A stretch of DNA of 62,190 nt, taken from positions 1-62,190 of the IMG/VR virus record IMGVR_UViG_3300031511_000001. One strand, written 5' to 3'. This document shows, in pieces, positions 45,019 to 55,701 of this stretch. This DNA is from a virus (Duplodnaviria; Caudoviricetes). The notes under the pieces are model-generated. The model had not been told where the DNA came from and did not search any database. It saw only the letters and a program-made list of their open reading frames with translations. Every line of letters starts with the position of its first letter. Within the stretch, counting starts at the first letter, position 1. The position numbers were made by a program, and so were the translations under genes.

Positions 45019-45540
45019 CTAACCTTGAGCCAAGGGAGCAGGTGCCGGGGTAGGAGTGGGCGCGGCAAGTGGTGCGGCGCCATCAGCGGCATGAGCCTCC
45101 GCTTCGAGATCGAGGCGCGCGATGATCTTCTGCACGATCGCGTCCGGGCCCCCCATCCACGCAATGAGCTTTTCGGGGCCATGATCAATCGCATATTGTG
45201 CGGCCTGGGCGACGACGGCGTTCCCGGTGTCGACGTCGAGTGTCTTGCCCTTCTGCGCGCCGGCGACGGCATTGATGCCGTAGCTGACGGCCTGGAACAG
45301 AAGCTGCTCGACCTGATCGATCATCGCCTTGTTCACAAACACCTTGATCGCCGGCGGCAGCCGCGACACCACAAAGCCGATGATCGCGACGGCGACGGCG
45401 CTGAGCACGTCGATGATGTAGGGCTGCACCTGATCGATCCAGTTGCCGACCGGCACGTGAACGATGGTTTCCTGCGCGAGCGCGGGCAACGCGAGCAAGG
45501 AAATGAAGATGGCGATGACGGGAAGGGAAAGACGACGCAT
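45019..45540 (-). CDS. holin-like membrane protein (LL-H-like) with signal peptide
   Basis: MRRLSLPVIAIFISLLALPALA|Q, then a TM segment and helical domain; upstream of the endolysin. Confidence 0.5.
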   Translation of the reverse strand: MRRLSLPVIAIFISLLALPALAQETIVHVPVGNWIDQVQPYIIDVLSAVAVAIIGFVVSRLPPAIKVFVNKAMIDQVEQLLFQAVSYGINAVAGAQKGKTLDVDTGNAVVAQAAQYAIDHGPEKLIAWMGGPDAIVQKIIARLDLEAEAHAADGAAPLAAPTPTPAPAPLAQG

Positions 45541-45590
45541 AGAAGGTCTCCTGACGGTTGAGCACCAAAAGGCGCGCGATTGACAATGCT

Positions 45591-48500
45591 TTACTCCATT
45601 TTGAGGTAGTTTGCATATCCTTCGGTCTTGGCCTGTACGGATTGGGAGACGATTTCTGGGTATTTTGCCAGCATCATGCCGCGCGCGACTTCGCGGGACT
45701 GCCCGATCGTCTCCTGGATCACGTCGCGCTTGACCGCCGGGGGCCACGAATTGAAGGCCGACGAATTGACGATGGTGTCGAGGCGCTGCTTGGCCATACG
45801 GCCGGCCATGGTCGTGTATTCGTCGTACTGATCGTCGCTCAGTTCGACGCCACGAATGCGCCGCTGCGGCTGTCCAGGCCAATAGCCGGCCGCCGCCATC
45901 GCCTGATTGACGGGATCCTTGCTGATCTCGGTCATGTAGACGCTGGAAATCAGAGAGCCGCCAAGCGCACCGCGCGCCGGAAGCGGCTGCCCCCAGATGT
46001 CGCGACGCGGATAAAGCTGCTGCGACAGGCCCGGCACCTTGGATTGCAAGGCATCGAGTGTGCTGCGCACCTGGCGCGAATAGGGATCGATCGCGCGGGC
46101 GCTTTGCCCCATGATTCCGGAATAGGGCATGAAGGATGACGCAAAGCTCTGGACCCAATAGCCGCCGTACCGGTCGGGATCCTGCACCGCCTCAAGAAGC
46201 TGCGACGGTCCAGTCATGAAGGTGGCGTCAAGGAAGCTTGAGGAAATCGCCTGGATCAACTGGCCGCCGGCGCGAGAGGCGTCGCCCTCTTCGAGCGCCC
46301 AGCCGACGTCGACAAGGTCCGCCGCCATCGACGCCAGCATACCGGCCGGCCCGAGCTGATTGATCTGATACCATGTGTCGCCAATGCGAACGCTATGCGC
46401 CTGATTGCCGGCCATGCGCCACAACGAAGCCTCTTTGGGATCCTTCGGTCCGGCGCCGGACGCATACCCCGCCATAGCCATGCCGGAAAACGCCGTCATC
46501 AGAGCGGTGCCGACAACCATGCGGGCCTGAGCCTGATCCTGGGCAATCGTGCCGTTCTTGCCCAAGAGGTCGGCACGCAGCTCCGGCGACAGGAAACCGA
46601 GCGGGGAGCGCTGCACGACTGCCTGCTCAAGAATATTGGCCGGGGTGGTGATAAAGGGCATCACAAGCCGAAGCCAGCGGAAGCCCATGATGTTGGTATT
46701 GGCAAGCTTGGCAATCTGGGTCACGAAGGCGCTGCGGCGGCTTTGAAGCAACTGCTCGGCGGCAGTCAGTCGGGCAGTGGCCATCATGTCGGGCGTCGGG
46801 TTTTGCGTGAGGTCGACCATGCGCCGCGTCAGCGCCCCCCCCACAAGTCCTTCCTCGGCCGCCTGCCGATAGGCTTGGGCCGCAATGTCGGTCATGTAGT
46901 TGGAGACGCGGAAAAGGCTGTCTTCGGCCGCGAGCATGCGTGTCGAAACGCGAAGCATCTGACCGAGCGGCAGGACGGTTGTGCCGCGAATGGCAATGTC
47001 AGGGATGGCGCGTCCCGGCATCGTGCGCGTGTGGATGGCCGGCGCCGATGCGTCGCCACCGGTTGCGATGAGTTTGCCGATCCCGCGAATTCCGTCAGCG
47101 ATGCTCTGCCAGATTGTTGCCGCCTCGCGCGCCGCGTCGGCCATGGTTGCATTCGGGTTGAAGGCACCGCCTGCGACAACATCAACGCCCATCGGCTGAT
47201 AGGGAAGCTCGCTCTGCACCTGGTTGGGCAAGACGACGTTTGATTCGCGGCGGAAGCCCTCAACGGCCGCCGTGGTGGCGGGGCCAGCCGACTCCTTCAA
47301 GGCACGGAACTGCGCGGCGACTTCGCCGAATTTGACAGTTTGTCCCTCGCGCCCTTGTGCGCGCCGCATCGATCCGATCAGTGCGGCCATGGCGGTATCG
47401 GGTCCCATCTTCAGGAAGGAGTTGATGGTGTTGCCGACCGTGTTGGTCATATGGGTTTTGATGCCTGACAGGAGGGCGTTGATCCAGTATTCGAGGATCA
47501 TGTCGCCGAAATTCGGCTTCTGGGAATCGGCAACGAAGCGCGAAACCGAGTGCGGCGTGTCAAGCGTGGCGCCGAGAGCAACTTCCTCGCGCAACTGGAA
47601 CAGCGTCCGACCGGTCGCCTTGCGCAGGAACATGTCGGCCTGCTGGGCTTCTGGCGACATCTTCATCGCCCGGAAAGCGCGGAGCGCGCGACCGGCCTCG
47701 GCAGTGATGCCGGAAACCTGACCCTGGATCATCTGGTGCCGGGCCTTGGCCTCGGCATAGGCAATGATCGCCTCGTCGGATTGCGGGTTGGCCCGGGCGT
47801 CTCGCATGCGTGCAACAACGTCTTCAGCCGAGCGCACCAGCAGGCTACGGGCCGCCCAGACCTGTTCGGCATTGAAGGCATCCCCGATCTTGCGGCGGTT
47901 GAGTTGCGCCACGTCCATGCCCAGCGCCTCGGCCAGCATCTCGACCTGGCCGTCCGTCACAACGCCGCGGCGATCGCCGATGAAGTCGTTGTTTTCGCGG
48001 GCCGCGTCGCGGATCGCCTGTGCTACATCGACGTCGTCGGTGAGATTTTCGACCCGGATGTTTCCGGCCTTATCGACGAAGGGGCTTTCGGGGCGACCGA
48101 AGAGATCGGTAGGTCGGGGGGCGAGAGCCCCAGAAGGGTCAGAAGTGCTGGGTCGCTCTGTCCGTAGTCCGGCTGCGCCTGATCCTCCTCCGACGTCCCC
48201 TCCTGCCACGCCAGCGCCTTCTCGGCCGCCCTCAGCGCCGCCGCCGACGACCGGGCGAGCCGGGACGCCGCCGCCGCTGCCCTCGAGCTGAGTTCCGGGT
48301 TCGACGCCACGAGTGCCCATCTCTGGGCCTCCCGCTGCGCCTGGCTCGCCCTCTCCTGCAACGATGGCGGGGCCGAGTTCGGCGTCTGCTCTGGCAACTG
48401 CTGCTGCAAGTTCATTCTGAACCTCCTGCGGTTCGCGCGAAATCATGGTGTCGCGTTCGGCCTCAATGCGGTCGAGAGCAGCCTCGGCCTCTGCCGGCCG

Positions 48501-51500
48501 CACGGTGCGCGCCTCGGTCTCGTGCATATCGACAATGCCGGACGGCGCTTCGCGTTCGGCGGCGACGACGCCCCGGCGCGGTTCGAGTTCGATCATCCGG
48601 TCGAGGACTCCCCGAATGTCGTCATTGATCGGCGTGCCCAAGCCTTTGAGCGACTGGTAGATGTTGAGCAGCCAGCGCTTGAACTGTTCGAACACGCGAC
48701 CAAGTGCCGCACTCGGCGCGACACCTTCGCGGAAATACTGCTCGGTCCAGCGGGCGAATTTCTCGTGCTGCGCGCGCGTCGGCTGCGCCTGTTCGGCTTT
48801 CATGCCGAGTGCCTTGCGGACAATGCCGGCGTCTTCGATCACGGATGGCATGACGCCTTGCGCGGTCGCGTCGGTCAGAAGCTCTTCAAGCCACTGGTGC
48901 CCGGTTTCGTGCAGCATGGTCGAGGCGTCGGCCTTTTCGAAAAGCCGAATGGTGGGGCGCTGACCTTCGGCGAGGCGGATGGCACCGCGCTTTTCTTGCA
49001 TCAGAATGCGCGGATCATTGGGATCGAAGGTGCCGCGATTGTTGACGGATTTGATCTGGGTGGGCTCGAAGGCAACCATCTGATCATGCGGCGGAATTCC
49101 CTCACCCTCGGTCACATTGCGAGCAATAACACCGTCGAATCCCTCCGCTTTGGCGCGGTCGATTAAATCAAAAAGCACCTTGCCGGACTGACCTTTCACA
49201 TCCTCAACAAGCGGGTTTTTGAGGCTCAAGTAGACAGGCTCAAGCCGATAGCCGAACTCCTCTGCCACTTTTGGGTTTTCGGTGAAAAATGAGCCGTCTT
49301 CACCCGTTTTGAAACGTGAGAATTTCGGCGCGCTTGTCCCGTGATACACGACCAGCGGCTTGCCCTCGGCGTCGACGACCTTGCTGTCGCCAAACCAGCG
49401 CTTGAATTCCGGGGTTTCGGGAGGTGGCGCGGGCTGGAAAAGATCGCGCGTGGGCTCGCGAATAAATGTTTCTCGCGTCCCGAAATCCTTGTTTTTTCCT
49501 TTGTTTTCTACAAAACCAAAGCGCTGATAGAACCCTTTTAGCCGTGCGGTCGACCCTCCAAAATCTTTCGACGGAGTCAGCGCAATTTGCTTGCCGACCT
49601 GATCTGCGTAATCGGTCAGTTCCTGCATAATGGCCGTGCCGAAACCCCTATCCCGCTCGCCATCCGGCACAACAATTTTGGAAAGAGTGATGCGTTCTGG
49701 AGATTCCGACGCCGCCAGATCGATCCCGCGCTCGCCCGCAAGCGTTTCAATATCGCTCAGGCTTTTCTGCGGGCGCTGGAAAAGCTCGCGATCTACGCCT
49801 GCGGCGGCTGCGTCTTCGCCTGTTCCTGCTGCGCGAGGCTGAGGCTCGCCAGCAAGAGCCCGCTGTTCCACGCCCGCTTCAATTTCTCCCCGGATAGCCC
49901 GGAGAAAGCGCTGGGCGGCATCGCCGATTTTGGCGTTTCCGGACTTGAGGTCGCGGGCGATTTCGCTGAGCGCGTCGCTGACCGGGCCGGCGCGGAACGC
50001 GAGGAGCTTGAGGAGGTCGACGGCTTTTTCATCGGTTGACAGCCTTTGTTCGTTCGAGACTTGGTCGAGAACGTTCGATCCGGTCCCTTCGATGCGCTGG
50101 GCTTCATCGATCAGGGTGCGGAATGTAGCACGATCCTTGCGCAAAAGCTTCATCGCCGCGTCGGCGATTTTCGCGCGCTCGCGCACGATGGAATTGGCGA
50201 AGGTTTCCTCGCCGAAAAGCGTGCCCTGCGTCGCCATTTCCGTGCCGGACGCCAGCATGTCGCGCACGACCATCTCGGCTTGGATGAGATTTTCCGGCTT
50301 CACGCCGGCCAGAAGCCGCATGGCCTCAAGCTGCTGCGCGGGATCGGTGACAAGACGACCGACGATTGCAGCCTGTTGAACCGGCACGACTTCGTTGACA
50401 GCCATGCCGAAGGCTTCCGGGGACAGTTCGGCCAGCGCGCGCCCGTCTCGGACCAGCGTGGACCGCGGCGGCAGCGGAGGCAGATCGACGCCACCTTCCC
50501 GCGCCTCGCGCAGCACCTTGGCCGCATCGACTGCGGTGCCGGTGCCTTCGGCGATGTTTTTGGCCGCCGCGATGGCGCGCGCATCGGAAACACTGAAACC
50601 ATTCTTGGCGTCGATCACCTGGGCGTTCATGCGGATTGGCGGGTGCCCTTCGGCCATGAGACGCTTGGCCAGCCCGACGCGCTGATGTCCGTCGGCAATC
50701 CAGTTCTTGCCGGTGGAATCGCGGTAGACAACGCTGATGCCGCCCAGAAGCGGGCTCCATTCCTTGACGCCGGCCAGCCGGTCGGTAACGCCCGCCTCGT
50801 CGCCGCCGCCCTTGAACTGAAAGCGCTTGGCGTCGACCGCGATGGTGTTCGGGTCGATGGATTCGATGCCAGTGACGGCGACGCGCGGCGCGGGCTGAGG
50901 AGCTGCGGTTTCCGGCGCGGCTTGCGGAGGCTCGGCCGGCGCCACAACAGCCGCAGGGGCAGCTTCAACCGCCGGCGCCTCGAATGAAGCTTCACCGGTT
51001 CGCGTCAAGCCCTGATGTGGTGCGGCCTCGTATCTCTTGCTGACGCCCACGGCGTTCGGTCGCGACATGAGAACGAATGAGCCGTCTTCGTTGCGGCTTA
51101 CGATCATCAGGTTTTTGACAAAGCCGACGTCGACGACGTTGCCGATTTCCCACTTCTGGCCAGCCGTCTTGCGCAACGGCGCGCCGCCGCGCGTCGTTGT
51201 TGCATTGTAGGAGCCGGGATATTGGCCTTCCGTTCGCGCAAGCCGGTGCGCGGCAATCTGATCCCATGCGGCCTGGGGCGCTGTTGCGGCCTGTCCCTCG
51301 ACCACGGGCGCCGGCGCCTCCTCAGGACGCGGCCCGATCTCCGGGCGCGCCTCGGTCGGCATCAGCGGAGCGCGCCGGGAAACGACGTCGCCTCGGCGAA
51401 TGTACGGTCCCTCGCGCTGATAAAGGCCGAGCGGGCTGACATTGCCGCCAAGACGTTGCGCGCGGGTCACGTAGCGATGTGCGAGCAACTGGCCCAAGGC

Positions 51501-53006
51501 TTCGGCTTCCGCCGTCGGACGCCCGGCCGCGATCATCTCACGCGTCACCTGTTCCATGATCGCCGCGGAATCGGCCGCAATGTCCGGCGCCTCGATCAGC
51601 CTCGGACCTTCCGGCACGGTTTCACGTGAAACCGGCTCGATCATCTCGGCGCCAGTGCCCTCAGCGGCCCGGCGATAGGCGGCCGAGACTTCCGGCGCCA
51701 TGTCGCGGCGCGCATAGTCGAGCGCCTGGAGTTGCTGGCGAAGCGCAACCATTTCAGGAGTTTCGGTGCCCTGACCAACTGCGAACGCCTCGCGCTGCGC
51801 CTGCGTGTTGGCGATCTGGCGCTCGTAGTCGCGCACCTCGGCGCGCAGGCGACGCGCTTCCGGACCGCCGGCATATCCCTTTTGTGCTTCGACAACCGTA
51901 TCGAGGCGTTGCTGCGCAGCGTCGCGTGCCGTTGTCAGCATGGCGAGGTCTTCGTCCGTTGGAGCCGCAAGGCGAGACAGGCGCGCGCGAATGTCGGAAA
52001 TCTGGTTTCCGAGTTCGTCGTAGCGCGTGAACAGTTCGGGCTCGATACGGCGCACCACGGCATTGAGGTCCGGCGCGGCAATAGCGGCTTCATTGCGCGC
52101 AGCCTGCTGTGCCGTCATGGCGGCTTCCGGCGCCATCTCGTGCGTGCCGGCATAGACGCTTTCGGTAACGCCGGGCCCCATGACCTTGGCGTCGCCGGCC
52201 TGGGCAACCGTCGGCTCGGGTGCGCGGGCACGCATGCCGACACCCTGGACCGCACGGGCGCCCCCGACAGTGAGCTTTGAACCGACAACATTCGGGCGTG
52301 TGAACACAACGCCGAAGGCCGTCGAAACGCCGATGCGCGTCCAATCCGGAGATTGACCGGACATCGCCTCGTTGCCGAGTTCCATGCCACCCATCAGGGC
52401 GCCACTGAAAACGCGGGATGTCGCCGGATTGGCCATGATGCGCTGCAGCGCGGTTGCGTTTTGCGGAAGCGCTCCAGCGACGATGCGCGGGCTCATGGTC
52501 AGGGCGAAAGGAACCAGACCGCCGAGGAAAGAGGCATTTGGATGCAGGATTTCCTCTGCCCGTCGCTGCTTTTCGGACTGGCCGAGTGCATCCTGCCAAT
52601 CTTCTGGAAGCTGACTGAGCGCCCACGTCTGAGCTGCGTCGACGGCAATCTGACCGCCAATGCCGCCGATCAGACCGCCCGCAACGCCACCAATGGCCGC
52701 GCCGACCGGACCGCCGACCGCGAATCCCCCCACTCCACCTAGCTCTGCGACGGCTCCGGCTGTCGCAAGACTGGCAAGTGCGGGGATTGCGCTTCGCTCG
52801 GCGCCGTGCAGAAATGCACCTGCCTCCGAAGTTTCTGGCGCGCGCGTTGGCTGCGGGCCGAAAGCGGCAAACGGATTGTCATTTGCCGGCGTTGCCGGTG
52901 TTGCGGTCACAGGCTGCATGGTGAGCGGCTGAGTGGCAACGCTGGTCGGTTTCGGCCCAAAGATCGAGAACGGATTTTCGTTCGGATTGGCGAAGGGATC
53001 GGCCAT
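45591..53006 (-). CDS. giant polyvalent internal virion/ejection protein (ParB-like, GNAT, ADP-ribosyltransferase-like, zincin)
   Basis: IADGHQR (ParB-like); RDRGFGTAIM...FYQRFGF (GNAT); FKRWFGDSKVVD...VYHGT...QIKS (ART of polyvalent proteins); LHETGH...HEKFAR (zincin). Confidence 0.8.
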   Translation of the reverse strand: MADPFANPNENPFSIFGPKPTSVATQPLTMQPVTATPATPANDNPFAAFGPQPTRAPETSEAGAFLHGAERSAIPALASLATAGAVAELGGVGGFAVGGPVGAAIGGVAGGLIGGIGGQIAVDAAQTWALSQLPEDWQDALGQSEKQRRAEEILHPNASFLGGLVPFALTMSPRIVAGALPQNATALQRIMANPATSRVFSGALMGGMELGNEAMSGQSPDWTRIGVSTAFGVVFTRPNVVGSKLTVGGARAVQGVGMRARAPEPTVAQAGDAKVMGPGVTESVYAGTHEMAPEAAMTAQQAARNEAAIAAPDLNAVVRRIEPELFTRYDELGNQISDIRARLSRLAAPTDEDLAMLTTARDAAQQRLDTVVEAQKGYAGGPEARRLRAEVRDYERQIANTQAQREAFAVGQGTETPEMVALRQQLQALDYARRDMAPEVSAAYRRAAEGTGAEMIEPVSRETVPEGPRLIEAPDIAADSAAIMEQVTREMIAAGRPTAEAEALGQLLAHRYVTRAQRLGGNVSPLGLYQREGPYIRRGDVVSRRAPLMPTEARPEIGPRPEEAPAPVVEGQAATAPQAAWDQIAAHRLARTEGQYPGSYNATTTRGGAPLRKTAGQKWEIGNVVDVGFVKNLMIVSRNEDGSFVLMSRPNAVGVSKRYEAAPHQGLTRTGEASFEAPAVEAAPAAVVAPAEPPQAAPETAAPQPAPRVAVTGIESIDPNTIAVDAKRFQFKGGGDEAGVTDRLAGVKEWSPLLGGISVVYRDSTGKNWIADGHQRVGLAKRLMAEGHPPIRMNAQVIDAKNGFSVSDARAIAAAKNIAEGTGTAVDAAKVLREAREGGVDLPPLPPRSTLVRDGRALAELSPEAFGMAVNEVVPVQQAAIVGRLVTDPAQQLEAMRLLAGVKPENLIQAEMVVRDMLASGTEMATQGTLFGEETFANSIVRERAKIADAAMKLLRKDRATFRTLIDEAQRIEGTGSNVLDQVSNEQRLSTDEKAVDLLKLLAFRAGPVSDALSEIARDLKSGNAKIGDAAQRFLRAIRGEIEAGVEQRALAGEPQPRAAGTGEDAAAAGVDRELFQRPQKSLSDIETLAGERGIDLAASESPERITLSKIVVPDGERDRGFGTAIMQELTDYADQVGKQIALTPSKDFGGSTARLKGFYQRFGFVENKGKNKDFGTRETFIREPTRDLFQPAPPPETPEFKRWFGDSKVVDAEGKPLVVYHGTSAPKFSRFKTGEDGSFFTENPKVAEEFGYRLEPVYLSLKNPLVEDVKGQSGKVLFDLIDRAKAEGFDGVIARNVTEGEGIPPHDQMVAFEPTQIKSVNNRGTFDPNDPRILMQEKRGAIRLAEGQRPTIRLFEKADASTMLHETGHQWLEELLTDATAQGVMPSVIEDAGIVRKALGMKAEQAQPTRAQHEKFARWTEQYFREGVAPSAALGRVFEQFKRWLLNIYQSLKGLGTPINDDIRGVLDRMIELEPRRGVVAAEREAPSGIVDMHETEARTVRPAEAEAALDRIEAERDTMISREPQEVQNELAAAVARADAELGPAIVAGEGEPGAAGGPEMGTRGVEPGTQLEGSGGGVPARPVVGGGAEGGREGAGVAGGDVGGGSGAAGLRTERPSTSDPSGALAPRPTDLFGRPESPFVDKAGNIRVENLTDDVDVAQAIRDAARENNDFIGDRRGVVTDGQVEMLAEALGMDVAQLNRRKIGDAFNAEQVWAARSLLVRSAEDVVARMRDARANPQSDEAIIAYAEAKARHQMIQGQVSGITAEAGRALRAFRAMKMSPEAQQADMFLRKATGRTLFQLREEVALGATLDTPHSVSRFVADSQKPNFGDMILEYWINALLSGIKTHMTNTVGNTINSFLKMGPDTAMAALIGSMRRAQGREGQTVKFGEVAAQFRALKESAGPATTAAVEGFRRESNVVLPNQVQSELPYQPMGVDVVAGGAFNPNATMADAAREAATIWQSIADGIRGIGKLIATGGDASAPAIHTRTMPGRAIPDIAIRGTTVLPLGQMLRVSTRMLAAEDSLFRVSNYMTDIAAQAYRQAAEEGLVGGALTRRMVDLTQNPTPDMMATARLTAAEQLLQSRRSAFVTQIAKLANTNIMGFRWLRLVMPFITTPANILEQAVVQRSPLGFLSPELRADLLGKNGTIAQDQAQARMVVGTALMTAFSGMAMAGYASGAGPKDPKEASLWRMAGNQAHSVRIGDTWYQINQLGPAGMLASMAADLVDVGWALEEGDASRAGGQLIQAISSSFLDATFMTGPSQLLEAVQDPDRYGGYWVQSFASSFMPYSGIMGQSARAIDPYSRQVRSTLDALQSKVPGLSQQLYPRRDIWGQPLPARGALGGSLISSVYMTEISKDPVNQAMAAAGYWPGQPQRRIRGVELSDDQYDEYTTMAGRMAKQRLDTIVNSSAFNSWPPAVKRDVIQETIGQSREVARGMMLAKYPEIVSQSVQAKTEGYANYLKME

Positions 53007-55687
53007 TACGGAGCACCTGGCGCAACGACGTTCGATCGCGCTTCAACACGCGCTCCCTGTCCGGGAATGGCATTGATGATTGACCCGAGAAGCGGAATTG
53101 CGGCCGCTGGATTTGCCGGCACAAATTCGGACTTCATGGCCGATGTTTTGCCGCCGAGAATATCGAGGATGCGCTGCGCATCATAGCCGGCCGGCCCGAA
53201 ATAGTCGTTGAAGGCTGCGATGTTCTCCGGAGACGGATCAGCCTGTAGCGCGCTGATGGCGCCACTCCACATCTCCGGCGTCCAATTTCCCTGATCGGTG
53301 AAGGGGGGTGCGGCAAGAACCGCTTGCCAGGTCTTCTGATCGACACCTTCCGGCGCCGTCGTAGTGATATCGAGCGCGCCGCCGGTCTGAACGGACGCAG
53401 CGAGTTTTGCCCGAGCCAGTTCGCGCGGGTCACGTAGCCCATTGGCTAGTTTGTCGACTGTCTCGTTTGTCAGGAAGTCCCACGGGCTTCCGCCCTTCTT
53501 CAGGTGCTCGTCATAGGCGGCCATGAATTTCGGCACGAAGTCGCGATTGTAGATCATCTCGCCTTCGGGATCGTGCGCGATCGATTGCGGAACGCCTGGA
53601 ATCAAAAGCTCGCCGTTGTAGCTGAGCTTGTTGTGCGCGTAGGTCAGGAGAGACGAAAGCGTCGTGTTTGTGGCTGCGTCATTGGCATTACGCTGGCTCT
53701 GTCCAAGGATCGAAACCAGCGACTGCGCGCCGGAAAGGGTCAGCCCGGTCCCGATACGCGCCCAGATCGCATCGGGATCGGCAAGACGCGACGGGTCGCC
53801 GGCCGGTGCCGTGATCTGCTTGAGCGTCGTGTAGAAAGCCGGACCATAGGCCAGCGTCGCGCCGGTCAGGGATGTTGTCGCATCGGCCTGCATGGCGTTT
53901 GTGAGCGAAAGCTTTGTGTTCCATTCGAGGCGCGGGTCTTCACGCACCGCCGCAGCGATCTTCTGAAAATCAGCGCCCGGCGACAGCATCATCTGGGCGT
54001 AGCTTTCCGCCGCCGTATCGCTGGCCTTCTTGCGCGCCGTTGCATTTGCGTCGTCGGCGATCTGTTGGGCCGCGACCTGCTGGTTGACGTAGGCGAGCGC
54101 CTTCTGGCGCTGTTCCGGCGTAAGGGTCGTGTCGTCGAGGATGCGCTGATAGGCAAGCGCCTTCGGCGACTGATCGGTCGGCTCGTATCGACCGGTTGGT
54201 GCGTTCTGATCGGTCGCGGCGCCTTCCGTAAATGTCGGTGCGGCTTCTGGCACCTCTGGGCCTGTATCCGACATAGGCGGAACGGACGCCGGAATGCCCC
54301 CGGCCGGTACGCTCATGCCGCCGATTGGCGCAGGCGTCACTTCCGGAGTTGGCGCTGTCGGCTGCAAATTGATGTCTGCCGGCGTCGTGCCCTCGAATTT
54401 GTGCGTCCAGTATTCGGTGAATTGCCGAGCCGTCCAGTTGATCGCTTGGTCGCGAAGGGATGACGGCAAATTGCCGAGAACTGCACTTTCCCCGAGAAGA
54501 TCGATTGCTCGGGCATCGGGGAACATCAGGAGCTTTTTCGCACCACCGGGACCTTGCTGGTGAGCGAGATAGAGTTCCGCATCTGTTGGCGCTCGACCAA
54601 GAACCGCGCCGAGAGTGCGCGCGTTCTTTGCCGCATAGGCAGCGATGCCATAGATCGACTGTTCCGGATTGGTCCGATCGGTAATGCCGACTTCCTTGGC
54701 GGTCGATTGAGAGAACTGACCGAGGCCAACGTGATCGCTGGCATTTGCCGCAGTCGGATCGCCGCCGCTTTCGATCTGAACGGTGCGCGCCAGCCCGGAC
54801 GCCGACATGCCACCGGGGACCGATGTCGCCGCTTGAGTGAACACGGGTTGCGCCGGATTGGCATAGGAGGCGGCATAGGTGCTGTTGGCATCGCCCAAAG
54901 CAATGTCGCCAACCTGCTGGGCGATTTTGCTATCCGCCTTGTCGCGCAGGGCATTGTAGAGGTTGTCGTAGTTGGTGCCGGCAGTCGCTTTGTTGGCAGA
55001 AAGAACGTCCAGCGCAAGCGATGGATTAACCGTCGCAATGGCATTGATCTGCTCGGTAAGCGCCTGCTGCTTGGCCGTCTGCACGGCTGCGGTATAAAGC
55101 TCATCGCCGGGAACGGCGCCCTGCAACTGCGCCTTTTTCACATACGCCTGGATCATGTTCTCCGTGGCGGATGCGAACGTGCTGGGATCGAAGCTTGTAT
55201 TGGTCGCAAGCACGCTCAACTGGTTCGAGATCGTCGCGTCATTGACCTGCCCGTACCAGGTTGTCGCCTCCGACTGCGAATGCGCGCCGACCTGGTTGAA
55301 GAATCCGGCCCGGTAAGCCTGGGCGCGCTGGGTGAAGGCGCGCTTTGCTGTCGGCGAATGCAGTTCGTCAGTCAGGCTGGTGATGTAATCGTCGATCGAG
55401 GTTTCGACCTGTGGACGCGCATCGAGCGCGGCACGGCCCTGCAATCCCATGTATCCGGGCGCGCCGCCTGGCTCGCTCGATCCGTACTGAAGGCCGGTTC
55501 CGTGCTGCTGGAGCTTGTTATAGGCGTCATCGATCGCAGCCTGATCGAAGAAATCGGAGGTCTTTGCCAGCGACGCGCCGAACTGCTGCATGCCCTCGAA
55601 TGCGGTCGGCTGCACACTGAAATAGCTCGACGGCGCCGCCGGGCGTGGGCCGACATCCTGCACCGGATCATAGGGAACCTGCGCCAT
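53006..55687 (-). CDS. internal virion protein with lytic transglycosylase-like domain
   Basis: QIESGGDP...GLGQF...YLAHQQG. Confidence 0.75.
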   Translation of the reverse strand: MAQVPYDPVQDVGPRPAAPSSYFSVQPTAFEGMQQFGASLAKTSDFFDQAAIDDAYNKLQQHGTGLQYGSSEPGGAPGYMGLQGRAALDARPQVETSIDDYITSLTDELHSPTAKRAFTQRAQAYRAGFFNQVGAHSQSEATTWYGQVNDATISNQLSVLATNTSFDPSTFASATENMIQAYVKKAQLQGAVPGDELYTAAVQTAKQQALTEQINAIATVNPSLALDVLSANKATAGTNYDNLYNALRDKADSKIAQQVGDIALGDANSTYAASYANPAQPVFTQAATSVPGGMSASGLARTVQIESGGDPTAANASDHVGLGQFSQSTAKEVGITDRTNPEQSIYGIAAYAAKNARTLGAVLGRAPTDAELYLAHQQGPGGAKKLLMFPDARAIDLLGESAVLGNLPSSLRDQAINWTARQFTEYWTHKFEGTTPADINLQPTAPTPEVTPAPIGGMSVPAGGIPASVPPMSDTGPEVPEAAPTFTEGAATDQNAPTGRYEPTDQSPKALAYQRILDDTTLTPEQRQKALAYVNQQVAAQQIADDANATARKKASDTAAESYAQMMLSPGADFQKIAAAVREDPRLEWNTKLSLTNAMQADATTSLTGATLAYGPAFYTTLKQITAPAGDPSRLADPDAIWARIGTGLTLSGAQSLVSILGQSQRNANDAATNTTLSSLLTYAHNKLSYNGELLIPGVPQSIAHDPEGEMIYNRDFVPKFMAAYDEHLKKGGSPWDFLTNETVDKLANGLRDPRELARAKLAASVQTGGALDITTTAPEGVDQKTWQAVLAAPPFTDQGNWTPEMWSGAISALQADPSPENIAAFNDYFGPAGYDAQRILDILGGKTSAMKSEFVPANPAAAIPLLGSIINAIPGQGARVEARSNVVAPGAP

Positions 55688-55701
55688 CTCGATCCCCCTT
55701 G

